Shown piece by piece: positions 30,274-40,757 of a stretch of DNA of 64,000 nt (the first letter of the stretch is position 1; each line of letters opens with the position of its first letter). The stretch is from Bacteroidota bacterium (lineage in GTDB: Bacteria; Bacteroidota; Bacteroidia; Bacteroidales; FEN-979). The stretch covers positions 3,404 to 67,403 of the forward strand of contig JAPLDK010000033.1 of NCBI GenBank assembly GCA_026391775.1. The letters run 5' to 3'. A program made the position numbers and the translations under genes. The notes under the pieces were generated by a model that was not told the DNA's origin, did not search any database, and worked only from the letters and a program-made list of their open reading frames with translations.

Positions 30274-30291
30274 TTTCGTAGAATAACGAAA
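30274..30291. promoter_or_regulatory. Putative ArsR operator upstream of arsR
   Basis: TTTCGT-AGAATA-ACGAAA inverted repeat 12 nt upstream of the start codon. Confidence 0.7.
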
Positions 30292-30392
30292 CGAAATTAC
30301 GGATTTTTTAGAATCTCATCAAGGAAATGCCAAAAAAATCATGAATATTCAGTCTGGATAACTGATTTATAAAACTGGATGAACCCTCCTGG

Positions 30393-30887
30393 TTATACGT
30401 ATCGGTATTGATTACCGCACGATTCCAGCGATTCAACCAGTTCGGCCATTAATGCAAGAAGCCTTTTTGATTTTGCCTTGCCCAGGCGTTTTTCAAATTC
30501 GGCCGTCATCTGTTTGTTTGCTTCCCATATTTTCATCAGCGCATCCGCTCCTTTGTCGGTAAGTGAAATAATGTTGCAGCGGCTGTCCTGCTCGTTGTGA
30601 GCAATGGTGATTAGTTCATGTTTCAGCATTTCCTGTACAAGCTTGCTCATGGCCTGCTTTGAGACTTTTGCCCGTCGTGCCATCCCGCTGTTTGAAACCC
30701 CTTCAAGCCCTATCGTGAACAACAGGTGGATATGGCTTGGCCCCATATGCTGCAATCCCAGCCTGGGCAAAAGCCCGTCGTCCCATACCACGAGGTAACG
30801 GTATAAGAAATAAATTTGTCGTCCGAAACTTTCTTCTTTGGAAGGCATTTTTGCGACTACTTTTTTTCTGACTGATTTTGAGAGCAT
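30393..30887 (-). CDS. MarR family transcriptional regulator
   Basis: SKQAMSKLV HTH, D.R...I.LT.KG wing; divergent from the efflux operon. Confidence 0.88.
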   Translation of the reverse strand: MLSKSVRKKVVAKMPSKEESFGRQIYFLYRYLVVWDDGLLPRLGLQHMGPSHIHLLFTIGLEGVSNSGMARRAKVSKQAMSKLVQEMLKHELITIAHNEQDSRCNIISLTDKGADALMKIWEANKQMTAEFEKRLGKAKSKRLLALMAELVESLESCGNQYRYV

Positions 30888-30908
30888 TGAAAAATAATAT
30901 AAAAATTT

Positions 30909-30948
30909 TAGTCAACCTGATTGTCTATATTTCGTCAACTTAGTTTAC
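30909..30948. promoter_or_regulatory. Two imperfect palindromes, candidate MarR operators
   Basis: TAGTCAA-CCTGA-TTGTCTA and GTCAAC-TTA-GTTTAC in the divergent intergenic region. Confidence 0.45.
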
Positions 30949-30976
30949 TTTTACAAAAATATAAAAAACTATTTAC

Positions 30977-32026
30977 ATGGACACTGAATCCAAAAAAGAA
31001 CAGAAAGCAGGAAAAAAAATATTGCCCCGGATTATTATAGGCACCGTTGTTCTCATCGGCCTGATCTATCTTTCAAAAGAGGTCTGGTTTGCCATTCATC
31101 ACGAAGAAACCGACAATGCACAGGTTGAGATGAGGCTTGTACCCATCCTGTCCAGGGTTTCCGGTTATGTGGATAAGATCTATGTGGACGACTATATGAA
31201 TGTCACCAAAGGGCAGTTGCTGATGCTTGTTGACTCCACAGAGCTGGAGCTGCAGCTGCAGGAAATGCAGGCCGATTTTAACCAGTCCCTGAGTGATATC
31301 GAGAATGCAAAAGCATCGCTTACAAATGCGGATGCATCGCTTGCTTCCGCCAGGGCAAACCTTGAGGTGCTCAGGACAAGGCAGACCAAAGCAACGAACG
31401 ACCTGAACCGGGATAAAAAACTGTTCGAAGGCAATGCCATCACCAAACGGCAGATAGACGACACCCAGTCAAACTCAGATGTTATCACCAAGCAACTGGA
31501 GTCAAGCCAGATGGATATTAAGGTCGCTGAAACGCGTATGGAAGTCCAGAGGTCTCTTGTTGGCAAGGCGCAAGCCCAGGCCGATATTAAAAAAGCACGC
31601 ATTGACCAGCAAAAGCTGAAACTTTCCTATTGCCGCATTTATGCCATTGCCGACGGAAAACTCGGTAAGAGGAATATCGACCAGGGGCAGTTCATCCAGG
31701 CGGGCACACCCCTCTTTACCATTGTAAACAATCAGAGTCAATGGGTGGTGGCCAATTTCAAGGAAAACCAGGTAAGGAACATCCATGTAGGGCAGATCGT
31801 AAAAATCAAAATCGACGGTTATCCTAAACTAAACGTCCAGGGAAAAGTAGTCTCCCTTTCGGAAGCAACCGGGGCCAGGTTTTCACTTCTCCCACCCGAC
31901 AATGCCACAGGGAATTTTGTGAAAGTGACTCAGCGCATCCCTGTTCGCATTGAGATCATTGATGCGGAAAAATACAAAGATGTGCTCAGGGCCGGGATGA
32001 GCGTGGTTGTTTCTGTTCCTATCTGA
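30977..32026 (+). CDS. HlyD/EmrA family efflux adaptor
   Basis: ETDNAQV, ANFKE, FSLLPPDNATGNFVKVTQRIPV. Confidence 0.93.
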   Translation: MDTESKKEQKAGKKILPRIIIGTVVLIGLIYLSKEVWFAIHHEETDNAQVEMRLVPILSRVSGYVDKIYVDDYMNVTKGQLLMLVDSTELELQLQEMQADFNQSLSDIENAKASLTNADASLASARANLEVLRTRQTKATNDLNRDKKLFEGNAITKRQIDDTQSNSDVITKQLESSQMDIKVAETRMEVQRSLVGKAQAQADIKKARIDQQKLKLSYCRIYAIADGKLGKRNIDQGQFIQAGTPLFTIVNNQSQWVVANFKENQVRNIHVGQIVKIKIDGYPKLNVQGKVVSLSEATGARFSLLPPDNATGNFVKVTQRIPVRIEIIDAEKYKDVLRAGMSVVVSVPI

Positions 32027-32034
32027 TCGCGCCG

Positions 32035-33597
32035 ATGCAATCCCTCACCAGAATAGCGAAGATCATCATCGCACTTACCACCATCTCCGCGGCCATTATG
32101 GAGCTGATCGACACTTCCATTGTGAATGTCGCTCTGAACCAGATGGCCGGAAACCTTGGCGCCTCCATCGAGGACATTGCCTGGGTGATCACGTCTTATG
32201 CGATCGCCAATGTGATCATAATCCCGATGACCGGTTTTCTTGCGGCCTATTTCGGCAGGCGCCGCTATTATATGGCATCGATAGTCATTTTTACCATCGC
32301 TTCTGTTTTCTGCGGAATGTCAACCTCGCTATGGCAGATCGTTCTGTGGAGGTTTGTACAGGGCCTTGGCGGAGGCGGGCTTCTTTCAACGTCCCAGTCC
32401 ATTCTTTTCGAGACCTTCCCCGGTAAACAAAGGGGACTTGCCGCTGCCTTGTTCGGCATGGGTATTGTGCTCGGTCCTACACTCGGCCCTACCGTTGGAG
32501 GCTTGATCATCGACAGTTATTCATGGCCGCTGATTTTCTACATCAATGTGCCTTTCGGAATTATCGCAAGTATCCTCACCTACCGCTTTCTCCCCAGGGG
32601 ATTCGATATCTCGGTGAAACCAAGGATAGACTGGTCCGGTATTTTCCTGCTTACTATCGGAATCGGCGCCCTGCAATACGTGCTTGAAAGAGGGGAGCAT
32701 GAAGACTGGTACGATTCAAGACTGATCATCTGGCTTACCGTTATTGCAGTAATAAGCCTGGTTACTTTTATATGGTGGGAGCTGAAGCAAAAGGAACCTG
32801 TGGTCAACCTGCGCATATTAAAGGACTGGAACCTGTCCTTAACCACCCTGCTTACCTTCATCGTCGGATTTATTTTGTTTACCTCTGTGTTCGTTTTCCC
32901 GCTGATGTTGCAAAGGGTACTGGGTTATACAGCTTATGAAACAGGGCTTACCCTACTTCCCGCCTCCCTGCTGTCGCTGATCATGATGCCATTCATCGGT
33001 AGGGCCCTTCAGGCAGGTACCCCGCCGAAAGTCTTTGTAACCCTTGGTTTTATTACCTTTATGGGCTTCGGGATCTTAATGTCCCGGGCCGATCTGAATG
33101 TTTCTTCCGGCTTTTTCGCGCTGCCGCTGATGATCAGGGGCGCCGGGCTGGCCTGCCTTATGGTGCCTTTGAATGCTATGGCTGTCGCCGGATTACAGCC
33201 CCGGGACATCCCACAGGGGGTGGCTTTGAATAATATGATGCGTCAGCTTGGCGGTTCTTTCGGAATTGCCATCATCAACAATTATATAGCGCATAGGGTG
33301 GCGGTTCACCGCATCGACCTCATCAGCAATATTTATAACGGCGGACAACAGTTTACCGAACGTTACAACCAGATTTATCAGGGTTTACAAGCAAAACTCC
33401 CGTTTGCGGCCAACCTGCAGCAGCAAACCTACCAGGTGATTGAAGGTTCTGTTATGAAGCAAACCTTTATGCTGAGCTATCTCGACGCATTCCTGTATGC
33501 AACCCTGTTCATCCTCATTGCCTTTCCCCTGATCCTTTTTACCCGTAATAAACGGATTAGTGGTGAACAGGTGGCGGCGGCGGAAGAAGCGCATTAG
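32035..33597 (+). CDS. DHA2 (EmrB/QacA) MFS efflux permease
   Basis: DTSIVNVAL, WVITSY, GPTLGPTVGG, RQLGGSFG. Confidence 0.93.
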   Translation: MQSLTRIAKIIIALTTISAAIMELIDTSIVNVALNQMAGNLGASIEDIAWVITSYAIANVIIIPMTGFLAAYFGRRRYYMASIVIFTIASVFCGMSTSLWQIVLWRFVQGLGGGGLLSTSQSILFETFPGKQRGLAAALFGMGIVLGPTLGPTVGGLIIDSYSWPLIFYINVPFGIIASILTYRFLPRGFDISVKPRIDWSGIFLLTIGIGALQYVLERGEHEDWYDSRLIIWLTVIAVISLVTFIWWELKQKEPVVNLRILKDWNLSLTTLLTFIVGFILFTSVFVFPLMLQRVLGYTAYETGLTLLPASLLSLIMMPFIGRALQAGTPPKVFVTLGFITFMGFGILMSRADLNVSSGFFALPLMIRGAGLACLMVPLNAMAVAGLQPRDIPQGVALNNMMRQLGGSFGIAIINNYIAHRVAVHRIDLISNIYNGGQQFTERYNQIYQGLQAKLPFAANLQQQTYQVIEGSVMKQTFMLSYLDAFLYATLFILIAFPLILFTRNKRISGEQVAAAEEAH

Positions 33598-33618
33598 AAT
33601 ATTGAATATTAACATTGA

Positions 33619-34950
33619 ATGAAGAAGTTTAATCAATTGCATCGTATGAAAATTCTGCTATCAGTAATCGCAATTTTCCTTTTAGGGAATAGTTTAGCGG
33701 CTCAGGAAATCCCGGTACCGTCAATGCTGAAACAACTTGTGGGGCAGTCGTTTCAGAAATACCCTAAGGTGGGTGAGATGAACGACCTGGTAAGGATGAG
33801 CGAAGTGAAAGTAAACCTGGGGAAAGCCGGGTATTGGCCGGTAGCTGGCGCCGATGTATCCTACCGCAGGATGTACCCTACACCTGCGATCCAGATTCCT
33901 GTGGGGCAGGGACAGGTCGAATCATTCAATATACAGCCGGCAAACAATTATAACGCCTCCGTAAGTATTGCCCAGCCGATACTTGATCTGCGGACACCCG
34001 CCACAGTAAACAAGGCAAAAAGCGAGCTTGAAACATCAAAGGATAACCTTAATGGATTTAAAATCCAGCTTGCATACCAGGTTGCCCAGATCTATTATTC
34101 CATCATTTTTCTTAACAAAAGCCTGTTTGTGCAAAATGAACAGATAAATCTCCTTCAATCCACATTGCAACAGATCGACGTAAAGGTGAAAAATGGCGAT
34201 GCGCTTAACTATGACCTGGTTTCAACCCAGGTAAAATATACCAATGCCGAAAATTTTTTTACCGATCTGGTCACCCAGCTCAACAAGCAATATAATTTGC
34301 TTGGGATGCTCACAGGAAGCAATGGTACAGGCTATCTCAGCGATACTGTCGTTAACCAGTCCACATTCAGAATTGCGACCGATTCAATCTTCAGCCTGGC
34401 TTTTCAGAACAATCCTGACATCAGGATTGCAGGGGATAAGATCAACTCGGCCGGTTGGGATATTGTTTCGGCCAACCGGTTGAGAATGCCGCTTCTGAAC
34501 CTGCAGGCCGGGCTGGGTTATAAAAACGGGTTCATGCCCGAAATAGATGCCGTGACCTTCAACTATGCTGTGGGTGTGGGCTTAACTATCCCTATTCTTT
34601 CGGCTTCCCGCCCGGGCCTGCAAAAGAAACTTGCAACAATAAACCTCAATGCATCCAAACTGGCCCTGGAATCCCAGAAAGTAAGCCTGAACAAAGACCT
34701 GTTGAATTCCCTGGAGGACATTCAGAAAAACCGGAAAAAACTTTCCAGCGCCGATACCCTCATCAGCCAGGCCCAGCTGGCTATGGATCTTGCCGCCGAC
34801 CGTTACAAGTACGGCGTTATCACCAACCTTGACCTGCTCACATCCATCACCAATTATAAGGATGCCCAGCTGAGCCGCCTGCAATACGAATACAATCTGC
34901 TTTTGTCCAGGATGGAACTATGCCGCCTGGCCGGGATCAGATGGTGGTAA
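33619..34950 (+). CDS. TolC family outer membrane efflux protein
   Basis: OEP repeats, RYKYGVIT..DLL, third gene of the efflux operon. Confidence 0.88.
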   Translation: MKKFNQLHRMKILLSVIAIFLLGNSLAAQEIPVPSMLKQLVGQSFQKYPKVGEMNDLVRMSEVKVNLGKAGYWPVAGADVSYRRMYPTPAIQIPVGQGQVESFNIQPANNYNASVSIAQPILDLRTPATVNKAKSELETSKDNLNGFKIQLAYQVAQIYYSIIFLNKSLFVQNEQINLLQSTLQQIDVKVKNGDALNYDLVSTQVKYTNAENFFTDLVTQLNKQYNLLGMLTGSNGTGYLSDTVVNQSTFRIATDSIFSLAFQNNPDIRIAGDKINSAGWDIVSANRLRMPLLNLQAGLGYKNGFMPEIDAVTFNYAVGVGLTIPILSASRPGLQKKLATINLNASKLALESQKVSLNKDLLNSLEDIQKNRKKLSSADTLISQAQLAMDLAADRYKYGVITNLDLLTSITNYKDAQLSRLQYEYNLLLSRMELCRLAGIRWW

Positions 34951-35016
34951 AATAAAAGGGTACTTTAAAAACTAAGATATCCCAGCAATCCTAAAAGTCC
35001 GGATAATTTATTAAAA

Positions 35017-35046
35017 AAGGATGTCTCAAAAATATGGGACATCCTT
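35017..35046. terminator. Hairpin between convergent genes
   Basis: AAGGATGTCTCA-AAAATA-TGGGACATCCTT. Confidence 0.55.
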
Positions 35047-35085
35047 CTTAAATAATAGGAATTATTACGCTTGTTTCAGACCGGT

Positions 35086-35397
35086 TTATCCCCACTTATG
35101 TACAGCTGCTCCGATAGCCGGACCACCTTTTGCAAGATCCTCCGGTGTCATCACCGGGAGGAAATCAACATCAGCTCCCAGCCATAAAAAGAACGGTTCT
35201 GCGATCGCAGGGATTTCTGAGGCATCGTTGATATTTAAAACGATATACGCCCCTCTGTGTCCGCAAATTGTTGTGAAATAAGCAGCTTCTGCTTTTATAT
35301 CACCAAGCAGTTCATGCATTTTTTGTCCGAACTGAGGATCACTTATGGCCTTATTCCCTTGTTCAAGGCACATCTTTACCTTCATTATATATTTCAT
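35086..35397 (-). CDS. Small conserved protein (DUF3303/GYD-like ferredoxin-fold)
   Basis: EAAYFT...G.RG, IPAIAEPFF...GA.V...PVMT.EDL. Confidence 0.6.
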   Translation of the reverse strand: MKYIMKVKMCLEQGNKAISDPQFGQKMHELLGDIKAEAAYFTTICGHRGAYIVLNINDASEIPAIAEPFFLWLGADVDFLPVMTPEDLAKGGPAIGAAVHKWG

Positions 35398-35734
35398 GTT
35401 AATTCTCCTTTTTTATGTTTACTCTTAGCCTTGTTTCATTTATTCTCACAAGGCAATAATTTAATTATCATGCAAATATAATATGGATTTGGTCTAAATT
35501 AACATTTTTGATACTTTATTTAAAAATCTTTGTATAATCTTTATTATTTATAACTACGATCTATATAATTGGTGAATAAGTTTAATTGTAATTTACTATT
35601 GGGATTCTTTTTTCTTCTATGCTTTATTCCCCGTGAAACCTTTGCTATTAATGCGGTGAAGAACATTGTCGTGTTTTTTCCATCTAATCACTTTAGGGGT
35701 TAGATAGCAGGGGTCGTCCAATGGATGGCTGTTG

Positions 35735-36634
35735 TTATTTAGCATCCTTTACCTCAACAACCTCATACATGTCTTTGCCATCCTGTTTTACCGGCTGGTA
35801 ATAAGTTTCCCCGACTTTCACATAGGTTACTTCGCCGATTTTTACTTCTTTTCCTCCTTCCGGCAGCTTTTCTACTACCGAACCCGCAGTTGGGGCGACA
35901 ACTGTATACCCCTGGCCTGATTTCACATAATAGGTACCCCCGTAATAATAATTGTTTGTGGTTTCGTTGATGACTACTGTTTGGGAACCCGGCGGAAGGG
36001 TAACTATGGTTGCTCCGACAGGGGCTGGCACAACGGTATAACCACTGCTGCTGGCCACATAATAAACCCCCTGGTCATAATGATATTGCTGGCTTGCAAC
36101 GGTCACAATGATTGCAGTGGCCGCCATAGTAGCAATGAAGAAGCCTACAGGATGCCATACCGGTCCCCAGCGATAGGGCGTATATGGATGATAAGCGTAA
36201 GGATGGTAACAATAGTAAGCATGCCCGCCATAAGCATATGGAGGCCGCGGATATGGCCTTGGATTCGCCACTACAACCGTGCTTTTATTCACATTGACAT
36301 TAACATTCTTGCTGTTGTCAACATTCACATTTTTCTTGCTGTTGTCAATATTTACATTATTCCCGCTGACGTTGGTTTTATCCCCGCCAGAGACTTTTGT
36401 TTCGCCTGTTTGTTTTGTTCCGGTATTATTTGTTCCTGCATTACTTCTTCCATCAGGCTTTGATGCAGGAGCATGTCCCTGTCCGCCTGCCGGTTTTGCT
36501 GCAGGAGTACGACCCTGGCCCCCTGCCTTACGCTCACCGGCCCTCTGTGCCTGAACAGATAATGATATCAGAAAAACCAGCAAACTTATCAGCAGGCCGG
36601 TCCTGTACAACCTTGATTCAACTCTCTTTTTCAT
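35735..36634 (-). CDS. Secreted low-complexity protein with DUF6515-like C-terminus
   Basis: Signal peptide, Gly/Asn-rich linker, YHYDQGVYY, Y.VV.AP.G..V..LP repeats. Confidence 0.7.
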   Translation of the reverse strand: MKKRVESRLYRTGLLISLLVFLISLSVQAQRAGERKAGGQGRTPAAKPAGGQGHAPASKPDGRSNAGTNNTGTKQTGETKVSGGDKTNVSGNNVNIDNSKKNVNVDNSKNVNVNVNKSTVVVANPRPYPRPPYAYGGHAYYCYHPYAYHPYTPYRWGPVWHPVGFFIATMAATAIIVTVASQQYHYDQGVYYVASSSGYTVVPAPVGATIVTLPPGSQTVVINETTNNYYYGGTYYVKSGQGYTVVAPTAGSVVEKLPEGGKEVKIGEVTYVKVGETYYQPVKQDGKDMYEVVEVKDAK

Positions 36635-37001
36635 AATTCAGTTTTTATCGTTTACTATAATAATCGGTTCTTTATAAAACGAATAGGTAAATTTACAGAA
36701 ACAAATTTAAACCTTCACAGGAAAAATAATTTCCAAAATAATTGAGGGATATCTTCACGCTGAAATGAAATTTGATATAATTTATGCCAAACCGCTTAGA
36801 GAAAGGCTTGCAGGATTAATCTCTCCAATGCCGGTCATGGTAATTTTACCCAATTAACCCACTACTGGAGTTCTTCGGAGACATCCGCCACCAATGCAAG
36901 GCTGGTGGATTTCTGGTCAGGTTCCAGGGAGGACTGGAATAAAAGCAACAACACGTATTACGTACGCGCTGCCAGGGCGTTCTGATATACTGATAACCGG
37001 C

Positions 37002-38045
37002 TTACTTCTTAATTATCTTTTTAAACTCAAATGACATTCCATTGTCAAGTTGTATTACATAAACCCCCGGAGAAAAACTTCCTGTTTGTATAAGGGTTTT
37101 TTCTGTCACTGTCCCCTTGAAAACAACCTGACCCCTTGAATTCAGGATATCAAAACCTGTTTCTTCTTTGTTTCCGTGTGTTTCAATGGTTAATTCATTT
37201 GTCACGGGATTCGGGTACACTTTTATTGAGGTGTTGCTTTCGGCTGATGTTACCCCCGTAAGGTCAACATTGATAGTGTTTGAGGTATCTGAAATGCAAT
37301 CCAAAATTGTTACAATCACATAATAAGCACCGTTTTGAGTTACATCATAGGTTTGATTCGTTGCTCCGTTTATCAAACCGGTCTGATCATACCATTGATT
37401 ACCCGCTGGGGCATCTGAACTTAAAATATGCCCGTTTTGTGTAATTGATGGTGTGGGCGGTTTGGAAGGCGGGGAAACTGATAACGTATTTGTATGTGTC
37501 CATGTATGATTACCATCAGAACGAACCCAGTCATACGTTGCTATCTTATATCCCTCTCCGTACCATGGATCCATATAATATATGTTATTCCCTGATATTC
37601 CATGCCCTACCACAAAATGCCCGCCTCCCGAAGTCCATCCCCAGCGGATAATGAAAACCCTGTTCAGTTGAATATAGTAGGTTATGTCGGAAAGTGTCAG
37701 GTATGACCCATAACCATCATTGGAAATATTTGCAAAGTGGATCAATATATCCTGGATACTGCCGGGGTAGCCCCAGTTATAGTTCCAATAGTTACACCCG
37801 ACGTTCGGATTAACGCAACAATCAGTGCTTCCGAAACTATGCCATGTTGCAACCGTACGTGTATATTCTGCAATGTCGCATTGAGCGGTAGTGGTACAAT
37901 AATAATCTAAAGCGCAAGCAGAAACACCGGCCCAACACCATTGATTCTGTTCCTGGGTTATTTCAGGAACATTCAATACCTGTCCTTTCAATTGAACGTG
38001 TACAATGAAAGTCAGTAATAATACAATACCTGCTATTTTTTTCAT
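37002..38045 (-). CDS. Papain-fold cysteine peptidase (C39/C70-like) with T9SS type A CTD
   Basis: QEQNQWCWAG, GGGHFVV, YMDPW; VYPNPV...GVYVI CTD. Confidence 0.85.
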   Translation of the reverse strand: MKKIAGIVLLLTFIVHVQLKGQVLNVPEITQEQNQWCWAGVSACALDYYCTTTAQCDIAEYTRTVATWHSFGSTDCCVNPNVGCNYWNYNWGYPGSIQDILIHFANISNDGYGSYLTLSDITYYIQLNRVFIIRWGWTSGGGHFVVGHGISGNNIYYMDPWYGEGYKIATYDWVRSDGNHTWTHTNTLSVSPPSKPPTPSITQNGHILSSDAPAGNQWYDQTGLINGATNQTYDVTQNGAYYVIVTILDCISDTSNTINVDLTGVTSAESNTSIKVYPNPVTNELTIETHGNKEETGFDILNSRGQVVFKGTVTEKTLIQTGSFSPGVYVIQLDNGMSFEFKKIIKK

Positions 38046-38047
38046 GG

Positions 38048-38668
38048 CTATTTATTTTTTATCATGTTAAAAATATCATGTAAATCAAACAACTTGTCTT
38101 TAGAGCCTTGTATGGGAATAAACTTTACTTGATTTCCTGATGATGCTTCTATCAGATAATCCGATCTGAGTTCATAAACCCTGAGTAATCCGCAGGTATG
38201 ATCCGATTTTTTGGCAAACAATTCCCTGGCGAGTACCCTTGCCCCAAAATCAGTGAGTGTATATTCTTCATTTACTTTAATGATGGTCAGCAAAGCACGG
38301 TACTCCTTATCAACTACAACAGGAACCCTCCATGTCGAAGTAAATACAATATTCGAGTCTTTGAGAGTGTAGACTCTAACAGGTGTATCAAACGTGATTT
38401 TTTGTAATTCCTCCCGGCTATTAAAACCATAATTCGCTAAACTGTTTCCTGGTATAGTTTCAATAAATGAATTGATTTGATTTTCCGTAATCTTTAGAAT
38501 GGAACCCGCTTCAGGATCCTGGGAAAGGGGTTTGAAAATGTTTCGGGCATCGCCTGCATGGGATAAGGCGGTTGTGGCAGTTTTATAGTCCTGTGAAAAA
38601 GCCATAGAATTTACAATTAATGCCACAATAAAAGTTAAAAAGAAAAATTTGATTTTTTTCATAGCCAT
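38048..38668 (-). CDS. Secreted protein, possible stand-alone protease propeptide or inhibitor
   Basis: Signal peptide MAMKKIKFF..AFS; its stop is 2 nt from the protease start. Confidence 0.65.
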   Translation of the reverse strand: MAMKKIKFFFLTFIVALIVNSMAFSQDYKTATTALSHAGDARNIFKPLSQDPEAGSILKITENQINSFIETIPGNSLANYGFNSREELQKITFDTPVRVYTLKDSNIVFTSTWRVPVVVDKEYRALLTIIKVNEEYTLTDFGARVLARELFAKKSDHTCGLLRVYELRSDYLIEASSGNQVKFIPIQGSKDKLFDLHDIFNMIKNK

Positions 38669-38717
38669 TTGATTTACATTAATAGTTAAAGTTAATATGA
38701 CTCTCTTGCCATTGTAA

Positions 38718-40622
38718 TCAGTTGCCAGTAAGGGTAAAACTGAAAATTGTTCCCTTCCCGGGCTCGCTTTGGGCACTGATTGTGCCACCATGTTTTACAA
38801 TAATACGTTTAACTGTTGCAAGACCGATGCCACTGCCTTTGAAATGTTCATCGGTGTGCAACCGCTGGAAAGGAGTGAACAACTTCCCGGCCTGTCCCAT
38901 ATCAAAACCAACGCCATTGTCCCGGATAAAAATAAACTTCCTGTTTTCAGTTAATTCGCTTCCGATGATAATTTCCGGATTTTCAACTTTACTGCTGTAT
39001 TTCCATGCATTATCGATAAGATTCTGAAGTGCAATATGAAGCAGCCGGAAATCGGCCTGAACTATAATGTTCTCTTCTATCCTGCAGGTATAGGTCTTTC
39101 CCGGATAAGTCAGTTTTAAATCCTCACAAATTTTTGCAGCCATATCACTCAGGTGGCAGGGCGCCCTGGTGACAGTCTGACGTGTGATCCTCGATAATGT
39201 AAGCAGGTCCTCGATAAGCCGGTTCATCAGCCCGGTTGATTCAGTAATATGTTTGAGTAGGTCTTTACCTGTGACATCAAGCAATATTTCATAATCATCC
39301 CTTAGGAACATGCACAAACTTTCGATCCTGCGCACAGGAGCCCTCAGATCGTGGGAAACCGAATAGGAGAATGCTTCCAGCTCCTGGTTGGTCGATTCCA
39401 GTTCTCCAAGAACCCTGGTAATTTCCTCCTTTTGCTCCTGGACCAGCAGGTAAGCTTTTCTCTGTCTTCGGCGGCTGTTGATAATAACAAACACGGCAAT
39501 GACCAGGATAATGATACCGAAAATCGCGCCAAAAATGATCACCATCTGCTGCCTGTTGTGCAATTTCAGCAATTCTACCTGCTTCTCCTTTAATTCCTCC
39601 TCATTTTTCCAGCTCAGAACCGAAGCTTTGCTTACAATCTGGGCCCCGTAAACACTGTCATAATCGATAAAGGCGGCGTTGAGATAACCGAGGGCCATGT
39701 CATTACGGCCCTTAGCTTTGTAAATATCCGACAATAACCTGTTGGCAGTGTAACTCTGGATCAGATAACCCAGTTCACACGAGACCTTAAGCCCTTCCAG
39801 AGCAAAAACCTCGGCTTCCCTGAGATATTGATTACGAAGAGAACCTGCATCCTGGCTTTGCCGTAACCTTATTCTGCCCAGTGTAGTGGAATTTTCTGCA
39901 ACCATCCGGGTTGATCCTATGGCCTGGAAATATTCCAGCCCGGTCCTGATCAATGCATAAGCAGTATCCACCCTCGACTGTGCCATATACATATAACCAA
40001 ACCTGTTGTTGACTATCATGATCTCCCCGCCCAGGTGATTTTCCTTGCTCATTTGCAGGTGGATCTGCATGTATTTCCCTGCCGAATCAAACTGGTCCAG
40101 GTTACGGTAATTGTTCCCGAGAGTCCCGTAGTTCCTGGCTTTCCATAAAATATCCCTGTTATAAGGCAATAAGGCAGTTGCTTTGCGCATATACTCTGCC
40201 GTAATCCCTTTGTCAAGATCTTTGTAGAGATAGGCAAGCATAAGGTAAGTGGCACAAAGGTGGTTGTTCTCCTTAAGGCTTTCGAAGATCGCCTCTGCCT
40301 TCAGAGCATGATCTATTGACTCTGGAAGCCTTGATAAAATATGATAAATAAACGTGAGGGAATAATGTGCCAGCCCTTGCCCGTACTGAAAATTTATCTT
40401 TTCGGCAAGCTGCAGGGCATCCAGTCCTGGGTTCAAAGCCTCCCTTGGATTGATATTCCGAAGTTCATAGCAAACTGTTGTGAGTATCTTTACTTTGTCG
40501 GTATCCTCTTTCATTCCGGGCAATTCTGCAATGAGTGAATCGATCAGCGGCCTGCCAACTTTTTGAGCATGGGTAAGCTGAAAAATTACCAAAGCCAGAA
40601 GGGTGAGTATGAGGTTCCTCAT
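38718..40622 (-). CDS. TPR-like periplasmic sensor histidine kinase
   Basis: Helical repeats, TM, FSYSVSHDLRAP, NAWKY, GSGIGLA. Confidence 0.9.
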   Translation of the reverse strand: MRNLILTLLALVIFQLTHAQKVGRPLIDSLIAELPGMKEDTDKVKILTTVCYELRNINPREALNPGLDALQLAEKINFQYGQGLAHYSLTFIYHILSRLPESIDHALKAEAIFESLKENNHLCATYLMLAYLYKDLDKGITAEYMRKATALLPYNRDILWKARNYGTLGNNYRNLDQFDSAGKYMQIHLQMSKENHLGGEIMIVNNRFGYMYMAQSRVDTAYALIRTGLEYFQAIGSTRMVAENSTTLGRIRLRQSQDAGSLRNQYLREAEVFALEGLKVSCELGYLIQSYTANRLLSDIYKAKGRNDMALGYLNAAFIDYDSVYGAQIVSKASVLSWKNEEELKEKQVELLKLHNRQQMVIIFGAIFGIIILVIAVFVIINSRRRQRKAYLLVQEQKEEITRVLGELESTNQELEAFSYSVSHDLRAPVRRIESLCMFLRDDYEILLDVTGKDLLKHITESTGLMNRLIEDLLTLSRITRQTVTRAPCHLSDMAAKICEDLKLTYPGKTYTCRIEENIIVQADFRLLHIALQNLIDNAWKYSSKVENPEIIIGSELTENRKFIFIRDNGVGFDMGQAGKLFTPFQRLHTDEHFKGSGIGLATVKRIIVKHGGTISAQSEPGKGTIFSFTLTGN

Positions 40623-40757
40623 AGCAAAAACAATTTTGCCTGCTATACAAATGTAAGGAATAATTCATCAAAAAACACTATTCCGGAAAAGCAAATATGT
40701 GTAATTTAGCTGTATATTTGCATATTAAGGTACCTGATTATATTATATCAAAGGATC

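Noticed and set aside
36770-36791. Minus-strand TTGGCATAAATTATATC as a sigma54 promoter
   Set aside because: No -12 TTGC element
38669-38791. N-terminal extension of the 38048 ORF to 38791 (likewise extensions at 10964, 16238, 7377, 29964, 60864)
   Set aside because: They overlap upstream genes, terminators or promoter regions; downstream ATGs give proper signal peptides or family N-termini
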